Both the position numbers and the translations under genes were made by a program. The notes below the pieces were generated by a model. The model did no database searches. It had not been told where the DNA came from and worked only from the letters and a program-made list of their open reading frames with translations. A DNA stretch of 51,349 nt from Bdellovibrionales bacterium (lineage in GTDB: Bacteria; Bdellovibrionota; Bacteriovoracia; Bacteriovoracales; Bacteriovoracaceae). This document shows, piece by piece, positions 1 through 9,417 of the stretch (positions within the stretch are counted from its first letter, which is position 1; every line of letters begins with the position of its first letter). The DNA lies in NCBI GenBank assembly GCA_023250815.1, contig JAHEZZ010000001.1:1-51349 (forward strand). The letters are read 5' to 3'.

Positions 1-94
1 GGCGATGAATGATGATCAGGTTATTGCTTATGATCAAGCCGAAGAAAATCATAAAAAAAACTTGAAGGAATATTATAAAAAATGCTCAAAATAG
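1..94 (+). CDS. Possible 3' end of a CDS running off the left window edge (...KEYYKKCSK*)
   Basis: Frame 2 is open from the edge to TAG at 92-94. It is too short to identify and may be non-coding. Confidence 0.25.
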   Translation, partial: AMNDDQVIAYDQAEENHKKNLKEYYKKCSK

Positions 95-310
95 CGGTGA
101 TGGTTAAGGATAGAAGATTAGTGCTATATTTATATGAAAATACGAAATTCCACTGAGGCCTTCTGTTTTCTTTGTCTTGGGGGGTGGCCTCGCCAGGAAT
201 TAAGAGGCGACAAAATCGCTAAGGAATAATAAGTATTAAAACAACATATTAAGTAATTTTAAAGTTTTCCGTAAAGGGGAGAGGTCTTACTATAATGGCC
301 GAAAGGGATT

Positions 311-2299
311 ATGACCGACAAGCTAGAGAGATTTGGAAAATATTTACTGCTAGATCATTTAGTTGATGGCGGAATGGCCAAGATTTCCCGTGCACGGTAT
401 TTGGGTGAACAAGCAAATAAAATTGTGGCCATAAAAATGGTACAACCGCAATATTCAAGCGATCCAAGTTTTAAAAAAATGTTTATGGATGAAATCAAAA
501 TAACATTTGGATTAATTCATCCCAATATTGTTCAGACTTACGATTATGGTATTCACAACTCTCAGCTTTTCGTGGCCATGGAATATTGTGATGGGAAAAA
601 TTTAAAAGAGTATTTAGATAAACTGAAGACCAAAAAATTTGTTTTTCCTGTTGAGATTTCAATTTATATCGCCACCCAGGCCTGTCAAGGTTTGCACTAT
701 GCCCATACATTGACTGATAAAATGACAGGAAAAACATTAAATATCGTCCACCGAGATATCTCTCCTCACAATATAATGTTGACGTATGATGGAGCAATAA
801 AGGTCATCGACTTTGGGATTGCCAAAGCAGAAAGCAATACGGAGTCGACACAGGCGGGAACAATTAAGGGTAAGCTTTCCTATTTAGCGCCTGAATATTT
901 AGAGGGAATGGCGCTTGATTGTCGTTATGACGAATTTGCCATCGGTATTACTCTTTGGGAAATGCTCTGTAGCCGTAAACTTTTTAAAGCTCAAAATGAT
1001 TTGGCCGTTTTAAAGAAAATTCAGGAATGTAAAGTGCCAGCGCCTTCAGCAATTAATCCGAATGTTCCTAAAGAATTGGATGAAATTGTGCTAAGAGCTC
1101 TTAGTAAAGATCGAAACAAAAGATACGATAATTTAGAACAATTAAATAGGGCCTTGATTAAATTTTTATATGCCAATTATCCAGATTTCAATTCAAATGA
1201 TTTATCCTATTTTGCAAAAGAACTATTTAAAGATGAAATTAAGATAGATAGAGAAAAATTCTTTGAGTTTGGAAAAATAGATATAAAACCATACTTGGAA
1301 GATGTAAAAAAAGAACAAGAGGGAGGAGTGGCCAAAGATCCTAGTTCTCCAAAAGTTGCTGAATCATTAGACTCAAATTCACCCTCAAAAACAAATGAAC
1401 GAGCAAGTGAGTTAGATTTTGGGTTTGTAGAAGATGATAATAAAAAGATAAAAAGTGCCAAGCTTAAGGATGGCCCGTCGACGGGAGGAGGGGCATCTTT
1501 AGAAAAGGGTATGAGTAGCGATAGTAACCTCGATTTAAAAATGGGTTTTAGTTTAAAATCTGCACAAAATACTAGGCCGACATTAAAGAGGAAAGACCCA
1601 TCACAAGTTAAAAGTATTACAAAATCAGGAACTGGCAAAACTAGATTAGATCTTAAAGTGCAAAAAACTAATTCTTCTTCTCCGGCGGTTTTTATTATTG
1701 GAGGAATCGCTGTTGCCATTGCCGTAATTTTTGTGAAGTTTCCTAATCTTGTTAATTTAGTGAAGGGTGACAATCGAACTCCCGCCTCGCAATCGAGCAA
1801 TGCAGATAAAATAGCGGATGATGAAGTTTCAGAAACTCAAACAACAGGCACAATCGTTATTAATAATTATAATAAAATAAAACATAAAGTTTTTATCAAT
1901 AATTCAGAAGTCACTGTCAGCTTATTAGGTGAGTTTGCGGCGCCTTTTGGAAAAAATACTCTTCGAGTACAAGAAAATGGCAAAGAGCATTTTGTAACTA
2001 CTTTAGATTTGAGTTCCGAGATTAAAACTCAAAAAGTGACTATTCCCGAAATGAAACTGGCCTTCTATGGTTATTTGTGGATGACCAAACCTTGTATTTC
2101 TGGAACATTAAATTTTGTTTTATTTGGCGAAAATAGATCCGAAAATTTACCGATGGGTAAAACTGGAGTGGCCTTTCCAATTAATATGCAAAATGATGTT
2201 TTTGTTCAAATGGAAGGGGAAACAGTTGAAAGAAAAGTAAGTTTTAAAATAGAGCGAGAAGATGATTCTATTGATTTATGCTCGATCATAAATTTTTAA
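311..2299 (+). CDS. Hanks-type Ser/Thr protein kinase, membrane-anchored, with an extracytoplasmic C-terminal domain
   Basis: Kinase motifs seen: VAIK lysine, HRDISPHN catalytic loop, DFG and SYLAPE. These are followed by a K/S/D-rich low-complexity linker, one TM helix (AVFIIGGIAVAIAVIFV) and a beta-rich tail of about 185 aa. Confidence 0.9.
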   Translation: MTDKLERFGKYLLLDHLVDGGMAKISRARYLGEQANKIVAIKMVQPQYSSDPSFKKMFMDEIKITFGLIHPNIVQTYDYGIHNSQLFVAMEYCDGKNLKEYLDKLKTKKFVFPVEISIYIATQACQGLHYAHTLTDKMTGKTLNIVHRDISPHNIMLTYDGAIKVIDFGIAKAESNTESTQAGTIKGKLSYLAPEYLEGMALDCRYDEFAIGITLWEMLCSRKLFKAQNDLAVLKKIQECKVPAPSAINPNVPKELDEIVLRALSKDRNKRYDNLEQLNRALIKFLYANYPDFNSNDLSYFAKELFKDEIKIDREKFFEFGKIDIKPYLEDVKKEQEGGVAKDPSSPKVAESLDSNSPSKTNERASELDFGFVEDDNKKIKSAKLKDGPSTGGGASLEKGMSSDSNLDLKMGFSLKSAQNTRPTLKRKDPSQVKSITKSGTGKTRLDLKVQKTNSSSPAVFIIGGIAVAIAVIFVKFPNLVNLVKGDNRTPASQSSNADKIADDEVSETQTTGTIVINNYNKIKHKVFINNSEVTVSLLGEFAAPFGKNTLRVQENGKEHFVTTLDLSSEIKTQKVTIPEMKLAFYGYLWMTKPCISGTLNFVLFGENRSENLPMGKTGVAFPINMQNDVFVQMEGETVERKVSFKIEREDDSIDLCSIINF

Positions 2300-2301
2300 A
2301 T

Positions 2302-3171
2302 TTAATTTTTAGGGTCAGTTTCTTTTTTTTGTGACTGTTTGAAAAAATTGGAATTTCTCATAGAAATGAGTTTGATAATTTCAGCTGCGACATCTTCCAA
2401 TGCTCTTCCTGTTACATCGAAAACAGGCCATCTTTTATTTTCTTTGAAAATTTTATTGGCCCATTCTATTTCTTGCATGATCTTGCTTTCATCTGCATAG
2501 TCACCCATAAATTTTGAGCCAAGGGTATCGAGTCTTTTTTTTCTGATTTCCATTAGGTTGCCCGGGTCTATTGTTAAAGCGAATATTTTACGCTGGTCAA
2601 TTTCAAAGAGAGCTTTGGGGAGAGGGGTTCCATAGATCATGGGAACGTTGGTGACTTTTATTCCTCGTAGAGAAAGATAAACGGAAAGCGGTGTTTTTGA
2701 GGTGCGGGAAACTCCTATCAATATAACGTCGGCCAAATGTAGGGATTCAAGATGTTTGCCGTCATCGTGATTGAGCGTAAATTCCATCGCCGCCACTCGT
2801 TTAAAATAATCGTCATTCACGGCATGCAATAATCCCGGCTCTGAACTTGGCTCTTGTTCAAAGTAGTTTGAAAAAGAAGTTAAAGCTGGCCCTAAAAGAT
2901 CTAAAATACGAACATGGTTAATCCTTACTAATTCGTTGATATGAGTTCGAAGATTTTGGGCGACTATTGTGTAGATAATGAGGTCATGGTGGATTGCTGC
3001 CTCTGCGAAAATGGAATCAAGTTGTTCAATATTGCGGACATTTTTATATCTGGTAAAGTAGACATCTTTTTCTTTAAATTGTGTCATTACTGCACGGGCA
3101 ATGGCAGTCGCTGTTTCACCTGTTCCATCTGAAATAATCACTATTTTCATTTTTTCTTGAGAGCTTGTCAT
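2302..3171 (-). CDS. PpsR/PDRP-family bifunctional kinase/pyrophosphorylase (DUF299; regulator of PEP synthase / pyruvate phosphate dikinase)
   Basis: N-terminal KIVIISDGTGETA and P-loop-like GVSRTSKTP are typical of the family. An SD GGAGGA lies 5 nt upstream of the ATG at 3171. Confidence 0.75.
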   Translation of the reverse strand: MTSSQEKMKIVIISDGTGETATAIARAVMTQFKEKDVYFTRYKNVRNIEQLDSIFAEAAIHHDLIIYTIVAQNLRTHINELVRINHVRILDLLGPALTSFSNYFEQEPSSEPGLLHAVNDDYFKRVAAMEFTLNHDDGKHLESLHLADVILIGVSRTSKTPLSVYLSLRGIKVTNVPMIYGTPLPKALFEIDQRKIFALTIDPGNLMEIRKKRLDTLGSKFMGDYADESKIMQEIEWANKIFKENKRWPVFDVTGRALEDVAAEIIKLISMRNSNFFKQSQKKETDPKN

Positions 3172-3210
3172 AATGTCCTCCGTGAGTATTCATAGCAATC
3201 CATACACGTC

Positions 3211-4161
3211 CTAGTCTTTCAAAAAAAATTCGACGTCATCAAAAATTTTATCTTTATCATTTAAAGGATGATAGGTATTTTTGGGAACTATTTTTTTTAA
3301 AAAAGTCCTTTGTGCTTTGGCCAATTGTCTAGTTGCTACAGAAATTTTTTTAGCTAATTCTTCTTCATTTTTGATTTCCCCTTTTATGAATTCTAGGGCC
3401 TCTTTGTTCCCGACTGAAAAAAGAGGTCTTTCATTTCCAGTAAAACCATTGTTAAGAAGTGATTTTATTTCGCATATTAATCCTTGATCGAGCATCGATT
3501 GGGTTCTTTCTCTTATTATTTTTTCATGTTCAATTTTAGGTAAGTCTAAATAAAGGTGTAAAAATGTAAGGCCAGCTCTATGAAGTTGATAGGGAGAAGG
3601 TTTTGACTTTTTAACTTCAGACATTGGCCGTAGATTATTGAGGTAATATTGCAAGGCCCGAACATTTCGGTAATGATCATTGGGGTGGAGAGAGTTAAAA
3701 CTTTCGAGGTCCACATCTTTTAGTCTCCGTCTGATTTCCTCAATCCCTTCACTATGGAGAATTTTTTCACCTTCTTTTACATCACATTTTTTTTCACCCT
3801 CATCGTGGTACATGCCATTAATTAAGGCGCGAAGATAAAATCCACTTCCACCAACCAAGATCGGAGTTATGCCCTTAGACAATAATTGATCAAGTAAAGG
3901 AGAGGCCAATTTGACATAGTCATGAGCGTTTATAATGTGGGAAATTGAGGTTATATCAATTAAATGGTGTTTGATACCTTGCCTTTCCTCCATCTTGGGT
4001 TTGGCCGAGCCAATATTAAGTTCTTTATAAAAATAAAGAGAATCAAAATTAATAATTTCAATTTCTTGAGTATTTAAAAAATGTTTTGCTATTTCGATAC
4101 TCAGAGAGGTCTTGTAGCTTGCGGTTGGCCCTGAAATAATAATAATTTTATTTTTATTCAT
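3211..4161 (-). CDS. miaA: tRNA dimethylallyltransferase
   Basis: P-loop IIIISGPTASYKTSLS and a full-length MiaA-like pattern. The start overlaps the mutL stop by 4 nt (ATGA), which is the classical mutL-miaA order. Confidence 0.9.
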   Translation of the reverse strand: MNKNKIIIISGPTASYKTSLSIEIAKHFLNTQEIEIINFDSLYFYKELNIGSAKPKMEERQGIKHHLIDITSISHIINAHDYVKLASPLLDQLLSKGITPILVGGSGFYLRALINGMYHDEGEKKCDVKEGEKILHSEGIEEIRRRLKDVDLESFNSLHPNDHYRNVRALQYYLNNLRPMSEVKKSKPSPYQLHRAGLTFLHLYLDLPKIEHEKIIRERTQSMLDQGLICEIKSLLNNGFTGNERPLFSVGNKEALEFIKGEIKNEEELAKKISVATRQLAKAQRTFLKKIVPKNTYHPLNDKDKIFDDVEFFLKD

Positions 4162-5786
4162 GAGAGCTGGTCAAAAAGCAATTGGAGATCGGAAAGCTCA
4201 ATCTCTACTTTATAGGGAGATTGAATAGGAAGTGATGAAATGATTTTATTTAAGTAAGCTTGAAGCCATAAAGAGGGAAGAACCGATTTTATTTTTTGAA
4301 GAGTTAAAAAATTCGCTAAGTTTTTTCTAATTTCTTCTTTTGATAAGCAGGGGATTAATAAAAACTCTTGAAGTAAAGTTAAAACGCTTGCACCCATATC
4401 GTTTAAAAATGAAGGAATACCTTTAATTAAAATAAGCTGCTCTAAAACTTGATGATCAATATTTAAATTTTTTAGATTTTGACTTGCCACAATTAAATCT
4501 TGTGGAGAATTAAATTTTAAAGGTAAAGCTACTAATAAAGGAACAAGAGATTCGTCTTCGGAAAAACTTGATTGATAAAATTTTGAAATTTGAAATTTGA
4601 TTATTTGGTCATAGTTAATAAGTTCGATTTTTTCAGGCCTAAATTTAAAAAAGAAACTTCCTAGTAGAGATAGATTTTCTTTGTTCGCTTCATTGTTTTC
4701 TGCGGCTTTTGTTTCATGATTTATAAAAGTGTCTGATTGATCGATAGTTTTTTTATCTTCACTGTTTTGAGGCGTAATGTTAATTAAGGCCTCCTGACAA
4801 ACATTATAAATTAAAGAATTGATGATTGAAAAATTTTGAAATTTCACAATCGTTTTATTTGGATGGACATTGACATCGACAAAATCAAGTGGAGTGGTAA
4901 TAAAGATAACAAAATTGAATTTGGGGTTGAGATTGTAATCATTTTGCAGCGATTTTTGTGCCACCGCATTTAAGGATCGGTCCTCTATCAAGCGTGAATT
5001 GACAAAAATTATCTGGGTGTCAGAAGAGCAATTTCTAGTTGAGATAAGAAGTTTAACATTTATATTTTGATACTCTTTATAAAATATTTTAACATCTAAA
5101 GTTTCTTTTCGACCTTTTTTTAAAATATCTTTAAATCTTTCTTCCAAGATCTTTGGGAGATAGATTTCTTTTTCTTTATCGTCAATTTGTATAGTCCATT
5201 TTATATGTGGAGTTGAAATTAAAAATGAAGTGAGGATTTTTTTTATGGAGTTCTTTTCCGCCAGTTGTCCTCTAATAAATTTGAGTCTTGCTGGCGTGTT
5301 AAAAAATAAGTCTTTTATCGCCAGAGATGTTCCAATTTTTGTTTTTTCTTTTTGATGATAAATAATTTGACCAGCTTCAATCACAATCTTTCCCCCTTCG
5401 CTAAAATCTTTAGGAGAAGAGAGACAATGAATACGAGAGATGCTTGCCGCCGAGGCCAAGGCCTCACCCCTAAAACCAAAACTATCGAGGGAATAAAGAT
5501 CTTCAAATTTTTTAAGCTTTGAGGTGGTATGACGCAAAAAGGCCATTTTTAAATCTTCAAAACTCATTCCTTCGCCATCATCTTCAATTAAAATGAGTTC
5601 CAGTCCATTTGCTTTTATTGTAACTGAAATTTCTAAAGCATGAGCATCAATGGCATTCTCTAAAACTTCTTTTAAAAGTGCAGAAGGGCGTTCCACGACT
5701 TCTCCTGCTTTTATTTGGTCCACAAGATAATCAGGTAAAAGTTTAATTTTATTATTTGCAGAGTTACTTATTTCTTCAGTTTGCAT
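4158..5786 (-). CDS. mutL: DNA mismatch repair protein MutL
   Basis: GHKL ATPase N-terminus LPDYLVDQIKAGEVVERPSALLKEVLENAIDA and GFRGEALAS. Confidence 0.92.
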   Translation of the reverse strand: MQTEEISNSANNKIKLLPDYLVDQIKAGEVVERPSALLKEVLENAIDAHALEISVTIKANGLELILIEDDGEGMSFEDLKMAFLRHTTSKLKKFEDLYSLDSFGFRGEALASAASISRIHCLSSPKDFSEGGKIVIEAGQIIYHQKEKTKIGTSLAIKDLFFNTPARLKFIRGQLAEKNSIKKILTSFLISTPHIKWTIQIDDKEKEIYLPKILEERFKDILKKGRKETLDVKIFYKEYQNINVKLLISTRNCSSDTQIIFVNSRLIEDRSLNAVAQKSLQNDYNLNPKFNFVIFITTPLDFVDVNVHPNKTIVKFQNFSIINSLIYNVCQEALINITPQNSEDKKTIDQSDTFINHETKAAENNEANKENLSLLGSFFFKFRPEKIELINYDQIIKFQISKFYQSSFSEDESLVPLLVALPLKFNSPQDLIVASQNLKNLNIDHQVLEQLILIKGIPSFLNDMGASVLTLLQEFLLIPCLSKEEIRKNLANFLTLQKIKSVLPSLWLQAYLNKIISSLPIQSPYKVEIELSDLQLLFDQLS

Positions 5787-5901
5787 GAGTAAAACAATAG
5801 TCTAGCTTTCTTAAGAATTCAAAAAGAATACAAGGTCAAAAAGCTGATACTTTTTCACTTCTCTCAAAGCGGAGGATAAATGAGAACAGATAGAAGAGAA
5901 T

Positions 5902-6813
5902 TTACTCTGGGCGATAGAAATTAACGCAGTTTCGGCCGGCCTCTTTGCTTTTATAAACCGCTCCATCAGCTCGTTTAAATAAATCGGTGCCGTTATTTAC
6001 GCCAGGACGATAGTCAGCGACACCAATAGAGGCAGTGACAGGAAGCTTTTTATTTTCATATATAAATTTGTGCGCTTCAACTAACTTCCGCAGCCTCTCT
6101 GCAATTTCAAAGGCCTGCTTTAAGTTTGTTTTGGGAAGCAAGATGACAAATTCCTCACCGCCATAGCGAGCAAAGACGTCTTCATCTCTCACTCCATTTT
6201 CTCTAATTTGCGCCGCCATTTCTTTTAAGACATAATCGCCGGCATCATGTCCAAAGCCATCATTTAATTTTTTAAAGTGGTCTAAATCAAAAATAATAAG
6301 AGAAAGGGGTTCCCCTACAAGTTTGGATTTTTTGACCAGATTTTCGAGAGCATTATTAAAATAAACTTTATTATAGCAGCCAGTGTGGCGATCGGTGTTG
6401 GCCTCTCTGTTTAATTTATCGTAGGTTAATCGTTCGGGGTCACCCTTGGGCAAATATTTAAGTGCAATACTGCCAACTTTAATAATGTCACCCTTAACTA
6501 ATTTTGTACTACCTTCAATTTTTTTGTTATTTAAAAAAGTTCCGTTTTTTGATCCGCAATCTTCGAGAGTTACTTCTGCTTTATCATTAACATGTAATTT
6601 AAAATGAACTCTAGAAATACCTTGAAAATCAAAAGGGATAGTGCAATCAGGATTTCTCCCCACAGAGGTCGTTTCATTTTTCAAGTCAAAAATAGTTCCA
6701 TTGAGATCTCCACCAACGACCAAAACGGCAGGAGGTTTTGCACCGGCCTCTTTTTCTGAGGCCAAAAGAGCGGCCTTAATATCGGTCAGAAGGATGGTTG
6801 AATCTTCGCCCAT
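5902..6813 (-). CDS. FHA domain-containing diguanylate cyclase (FHA-GGDEF)
   Basis: FHA signature (VGRNPDC...GISRVHF...SKNGTFLN). The GGEEF active site is encoded at 6148-6162. An I-site RDED lies five residues upstream. Confidence 0.88.
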   Translation of the reverse strand: MGEDSTILLTDIKAALLASEKEAGAKPPAVLVVGGDLNGTIFDLKNETTSVGRNPDCTIPFDFQGISRVHFKLHVNDKAEVTLEDCGSKNGTFLNNKKIEGSTKLVKGDIIKVGSIALKYLPKGDPERLTYDKLNREANTDRHTGCYNKVYFNNALENLVKKSKLVGEPLSLIIFDLDHFKKLNDGFGHDAGDYVLKEMAAQIRENGVRDEDVFARYGGEEFVILLPKTNLKQAFEIAERLRKLVEAHKFIYENKKLPVTASIGVADYRPGVNNGTDLFKRADGAVYKSKEAGRNCVNFYRPE

Positions 6814-6922
6814 AATTTTTAGGTACCTTTGAAACTCTTAATTAGAGATAAATGTTATCTTATGATTTTAACCTCTTGCTGGATGCTTTTCAATAGCTTG
6901 TTTTTTACCAAGAGAAAAAAAT

Positions 6923-8233
6923 CTATTGGTCATTCATGTCAGTCATTTTTTGGAGATATTCAAAAGCAAATATTTTTCCGCCTTCGACACCTGGTTGATT
7001 AAAAGGATCAATATTGAGATACTCACCCATTAAGCATGTGAGGGTTTCAAAATAAAGAATCAGCGAGGCCAAAGTCTTTTCCTCTAGTATTGGAATTGCA
7101 ATATGTAAATAAGGTCGTTTATTATGTTCGAGTGCTTTAAGGGTTCCATTTAATTCTGCGCTCATAAGTTGTGATAGAGAATAGGGTGCCAGTTTTTTGA
7201 GAGAATCATAGGGATAGCTATTTTTAAGAGAAAAATCATAATTAAACTTTTTTACTTCAATGATAATAATGAGTTTATCAAATGGCCCTTCCATAAAAAG
7301 TTGTACCTGAGAATGTTGGTCAGACGCTCCATAAGATGGAATTGGAGTTAAACCAGTAAAAATATTTTTATTTTTTTGTGATTTTTTTTTACCCAAGCTT
7401 TCCGCCCAAAGTTGCACAAACCAAAAAGAGAAATTGCGAAGTTTTGAAGAATAAGGCATCAAAACAGTTTGGTGGATACCTTTTTGCATCAATTTAAAAA
7501 TAACCTGAGCGCTTTTTACCACTACATTTTCTTTTTCATTTACTAAATCTTTGCGAAGCTCCTTGGCGGCAGTAAAAAGAACTTCGCTGTTAATTCCGGC
7601 AAAGAGCGAAGGAAACAATCCCACAGAAGTTAACACAGAAAAACGGCCACCAACAGAAGTTGGAATACGCAAAGTTTTGATGCCAAAATCGTTGGCGAAA
7701 TCTTTTAATTGAGATTTTTCAGGGTCAGTGGAAAAAACAAAATAATCTTTGAGATGGTGATTTTTAATTCCTAGTTTCGAAAGTTTTTCGGTGATGATGG
7801 CCAAGGCCGCCATAGTTTCAGCAGTAGAGCCAGATTTTGAAACAAAATAAAATAAGGAATTTTCAATTTTTAAGGAGCTTAAATCTCGAGTAATTTGATC
7901 GGGATCGATGTTGTTAATATAGGTAAATTGGGTGTTGTTTTTTCCAAGTGCAGTGACCAACATTTCAGCACCAAGAGAGCTGCCTCCAATCCCGATATGG
8001 AAAAAATGATTTATTTTTCTCTTTTTATTAAAATAGTGAAATAGTTCATAACATTCTTTAACTTGTAGATGATCATCCAAACAACTAAAAAAACCGACAG
8101 TGGGGTCTTCGACAATCTTGATTAATTTTTTTACATTGGCCTTGGATGTTGCAGAGGAAATATTAAAAGCTGACTTTAACTCAGGAGATGGGGTGATACT
8201 AAATGGGATCATACTTTTCCTTTTTTGTGTCAC
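6923..8233 (-). CDS. pgi: Glucose-6-phosphate isomerase (short bacterial type)
   Basis: IGIGGSSLG, SKSGSTAET and a sugar isomerase (SIS) tandem pattern. There is a 4-nt start/stop overlap with the upstream acyl-CoA dehydrogenase gene. Confidence 0.88.
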   Translation of the reverse strand: MTQKRKSMIPFSITPSPELKSAFNISSATSKANVKKLIKIVEDPTVGFFSCLDDHLQVKECYELFHYFNKKRKINHFFHIGIGGSSLGAEMLVTALGKNNTQFTYINNIDPDQITRDLSSLKIENSLFYFVSKSGSTAETMAALAIITEKLSKLGIKNHHLKDYFVFSTDPEKSQLKDFANDFGIKTLRIPTSVGGRFSVLTSVGLFPSLFAGINSEVLFTAAKELRKDLVNEKENVVVKSAQVIFKLMQKGIHQTVLMPYSSKLRNFSFWFVQLWAESLGKKKSQKNKNIFTGLTPIPSYGASDQHSQVQLFMEGPFDKLIIIIEVKKFNYDFSLKNSYPYDSLKKLAPYSLSQLMSAELNGTLKALEHNKRPYLHIAIPILEEKTLASLILYFETLTCLMGEYLNIDPFNQPGVEGGKIFAFEYLQKMTDMNDQ

Positions 8234-9408
8234 CCTAAGATCTCAGATTTAAGATAACGGGCAATAAGTCCTCTTTGAATTTGATTTGTGCCCTCGACAA
8301 TTTGTAAAACTTTGGCGTCTCTCATAAAGCGCTCAACAGGATATTCTGCAGTGTAACCTACGCCGCCTAAAATTTGCACCGCATCTGTCGTGACTTTCAT
8401 TGCAGTGTCAGAAGCTTTTACTTTCGCCATAGAAGCATATTTTCCAAAGGTATTTTTTAATATTTCATTATTCTTTTTACTGGCCTTTATTTGATCTAGT
8501 AGTTCACAGGCCTTCGCTACCAAAAGTTCGCTGGCACAAATTTCCATATTCATTTCTGCAAGCATAAATTCGATTGCTTGAAATTCGATAATCGGTTTTT
8601 TAAATTGTTTGCGTTCATTGGCATATTTGAATGCTTGATAGAAGGCCTCTTTTGCTAGCCCGACAGAAATTGCACCAATCGTCACTCGTCCTGGGTCAAG
8701 TGCCGCCTTGGCAATTTCAAAACCCTCGCCTTCTTCTTTTAAAAGGTTCTCTTTGGGGACAAAACATTGATTAAAGATGAGCTCGGTAGTTGGGCTTACC
8801 CGCCAACCCATTTTTTTTTCTTTTTTTCCATAACTAAAACCTTTCATTCCATCAGTTACAATGAAAGCGGAAATCCCTTTTGCTCCTTCTTCTCCAGTTC
8901 TCGCCATTACAATATATGTTTTTGCCACTCCTCCTGAAGTAATAAATATTTTTGAACCTTGAAGTAGGTAACCACCTTTAGTTTTTTTAGCGGTGGATTT
9001 TAGTGCCGATGCATCTGATCCTGAGTTTGATTCTGTTAGGGCGAAGGCTCCGATTTCTTGGCCTTTTGCAAGTTCACTCAGATATTTTTCTTTTTGAGAG
9101 TTATTTCCAAATTGAGAGATAATATTTTGTACCATGCCTGAAACACTCAAGGTCACGGCATAAGCGACACTGGCCCTTGCCACTTCGCTTAGGGCCCGAG
9201 TGTAGCTTTGATAACTTAATCCCATGCCATTGTACTTTTCTGAGGTTGTCATTCCGGCAATACCCAAGTCACCTAGTTTTTGGTAGATTTCTTTTCGAAA
9301 AATTTGTTTTTCATCATCGGCAGAAGCTTCGGGCCAAATATTTTTTTTAGTGAATTTTTTAATTTCTTCGCACAATTGGGATTCAAGCTGCAATCTTTCT
9401 TCACTCAT
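8230..9408 (-). CDS. Acyl-CoA dehydrogenase
   Basis: ALTESNSGSDA, a middle beta-domain pattern and the C-terminal YPVERFMRDAKVLQIVEGTNQIQ. Confidence 0.9.
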   Translation of the reverse strand: MSEERLQLESQLCEEIKKFTKKNIWPEASADDEKQIFRKEIYQKLGDLGIAGMTTSEKYNGMGLSYQSYTRALSEVARASVAYAVTLSVSGMVQNIISQFGNNSQKEKYLSELAKGQEIGAFALTESNSGSDASALKSTAKKTKGGYLLQGSKIFITSGGVAKTYIVMARTGEEGAKGISAFIVTDGMKGFSYGKKEKKMGWRVSPTTELIFNQCFVPKENLLKEEGEGFEIAKAALDPGRVTIGAISVGLAKEAFYQAFKYANERKQFKKPIIEFQAIEFMLAEMNMEICASELLVAKACELLDQIKASKKNNEILKNTFGKYASMAKVKASDTAMKVTTDAVQILGGVGYTAEYPVERFMRDAKVLQIVEGTNQIQRGLIARYLKSEILG

Positions 9409-9417
9409 TTTGATGGC

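Noticed and set aside
150-220. Locally GC-rich patch with nested small inverted repeats upstream of the kinase gene: GAGGCC 155-160 / GGCCTC 186-191, TCGCC 190-194 / GGCGA 206-210, GCGA 207-210 / TCGC 216-219. I considered an sRNA, riboswitch or SRP-like RNA.
   Set aside because: The stems are only 4-6 bp. I recognise no conserved RNA-family motif (for example the SRP domain IV sequence), and no T-tract follows. It may simply be the end of the upstream transcript. A covariance-model scan (Rfam/Infernal) would settle it.
1207-1800. 197-aa antisense ORF inside the kinase gene. Many other 60-120-aa ORFs are nested in or antisense to long genes, for example 495-797, 9559-9816, 9973-10273, 12709-12972, 16924-17249, 20190-20900, 21239-21690, 31856-32149, 33417-33701, 35833-36192 and 47353-47619.
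   Set aside because: All lie within longer ORFs that have clear family signatures. They have no SD or recognisable motifs, and their low-complexity composition mirrors the sense strand.
6814-6922. Possible terminators in the 6814-6922 and 5787-5901 intergenic regions (CTCTTG...CAAGAG, AAAAG...CTTTT).
   Set aside because: The stems are short and AT-rich, or they enclose loops of about 30 nt and lack a following T-tract. This is not convincing enough to annotate.
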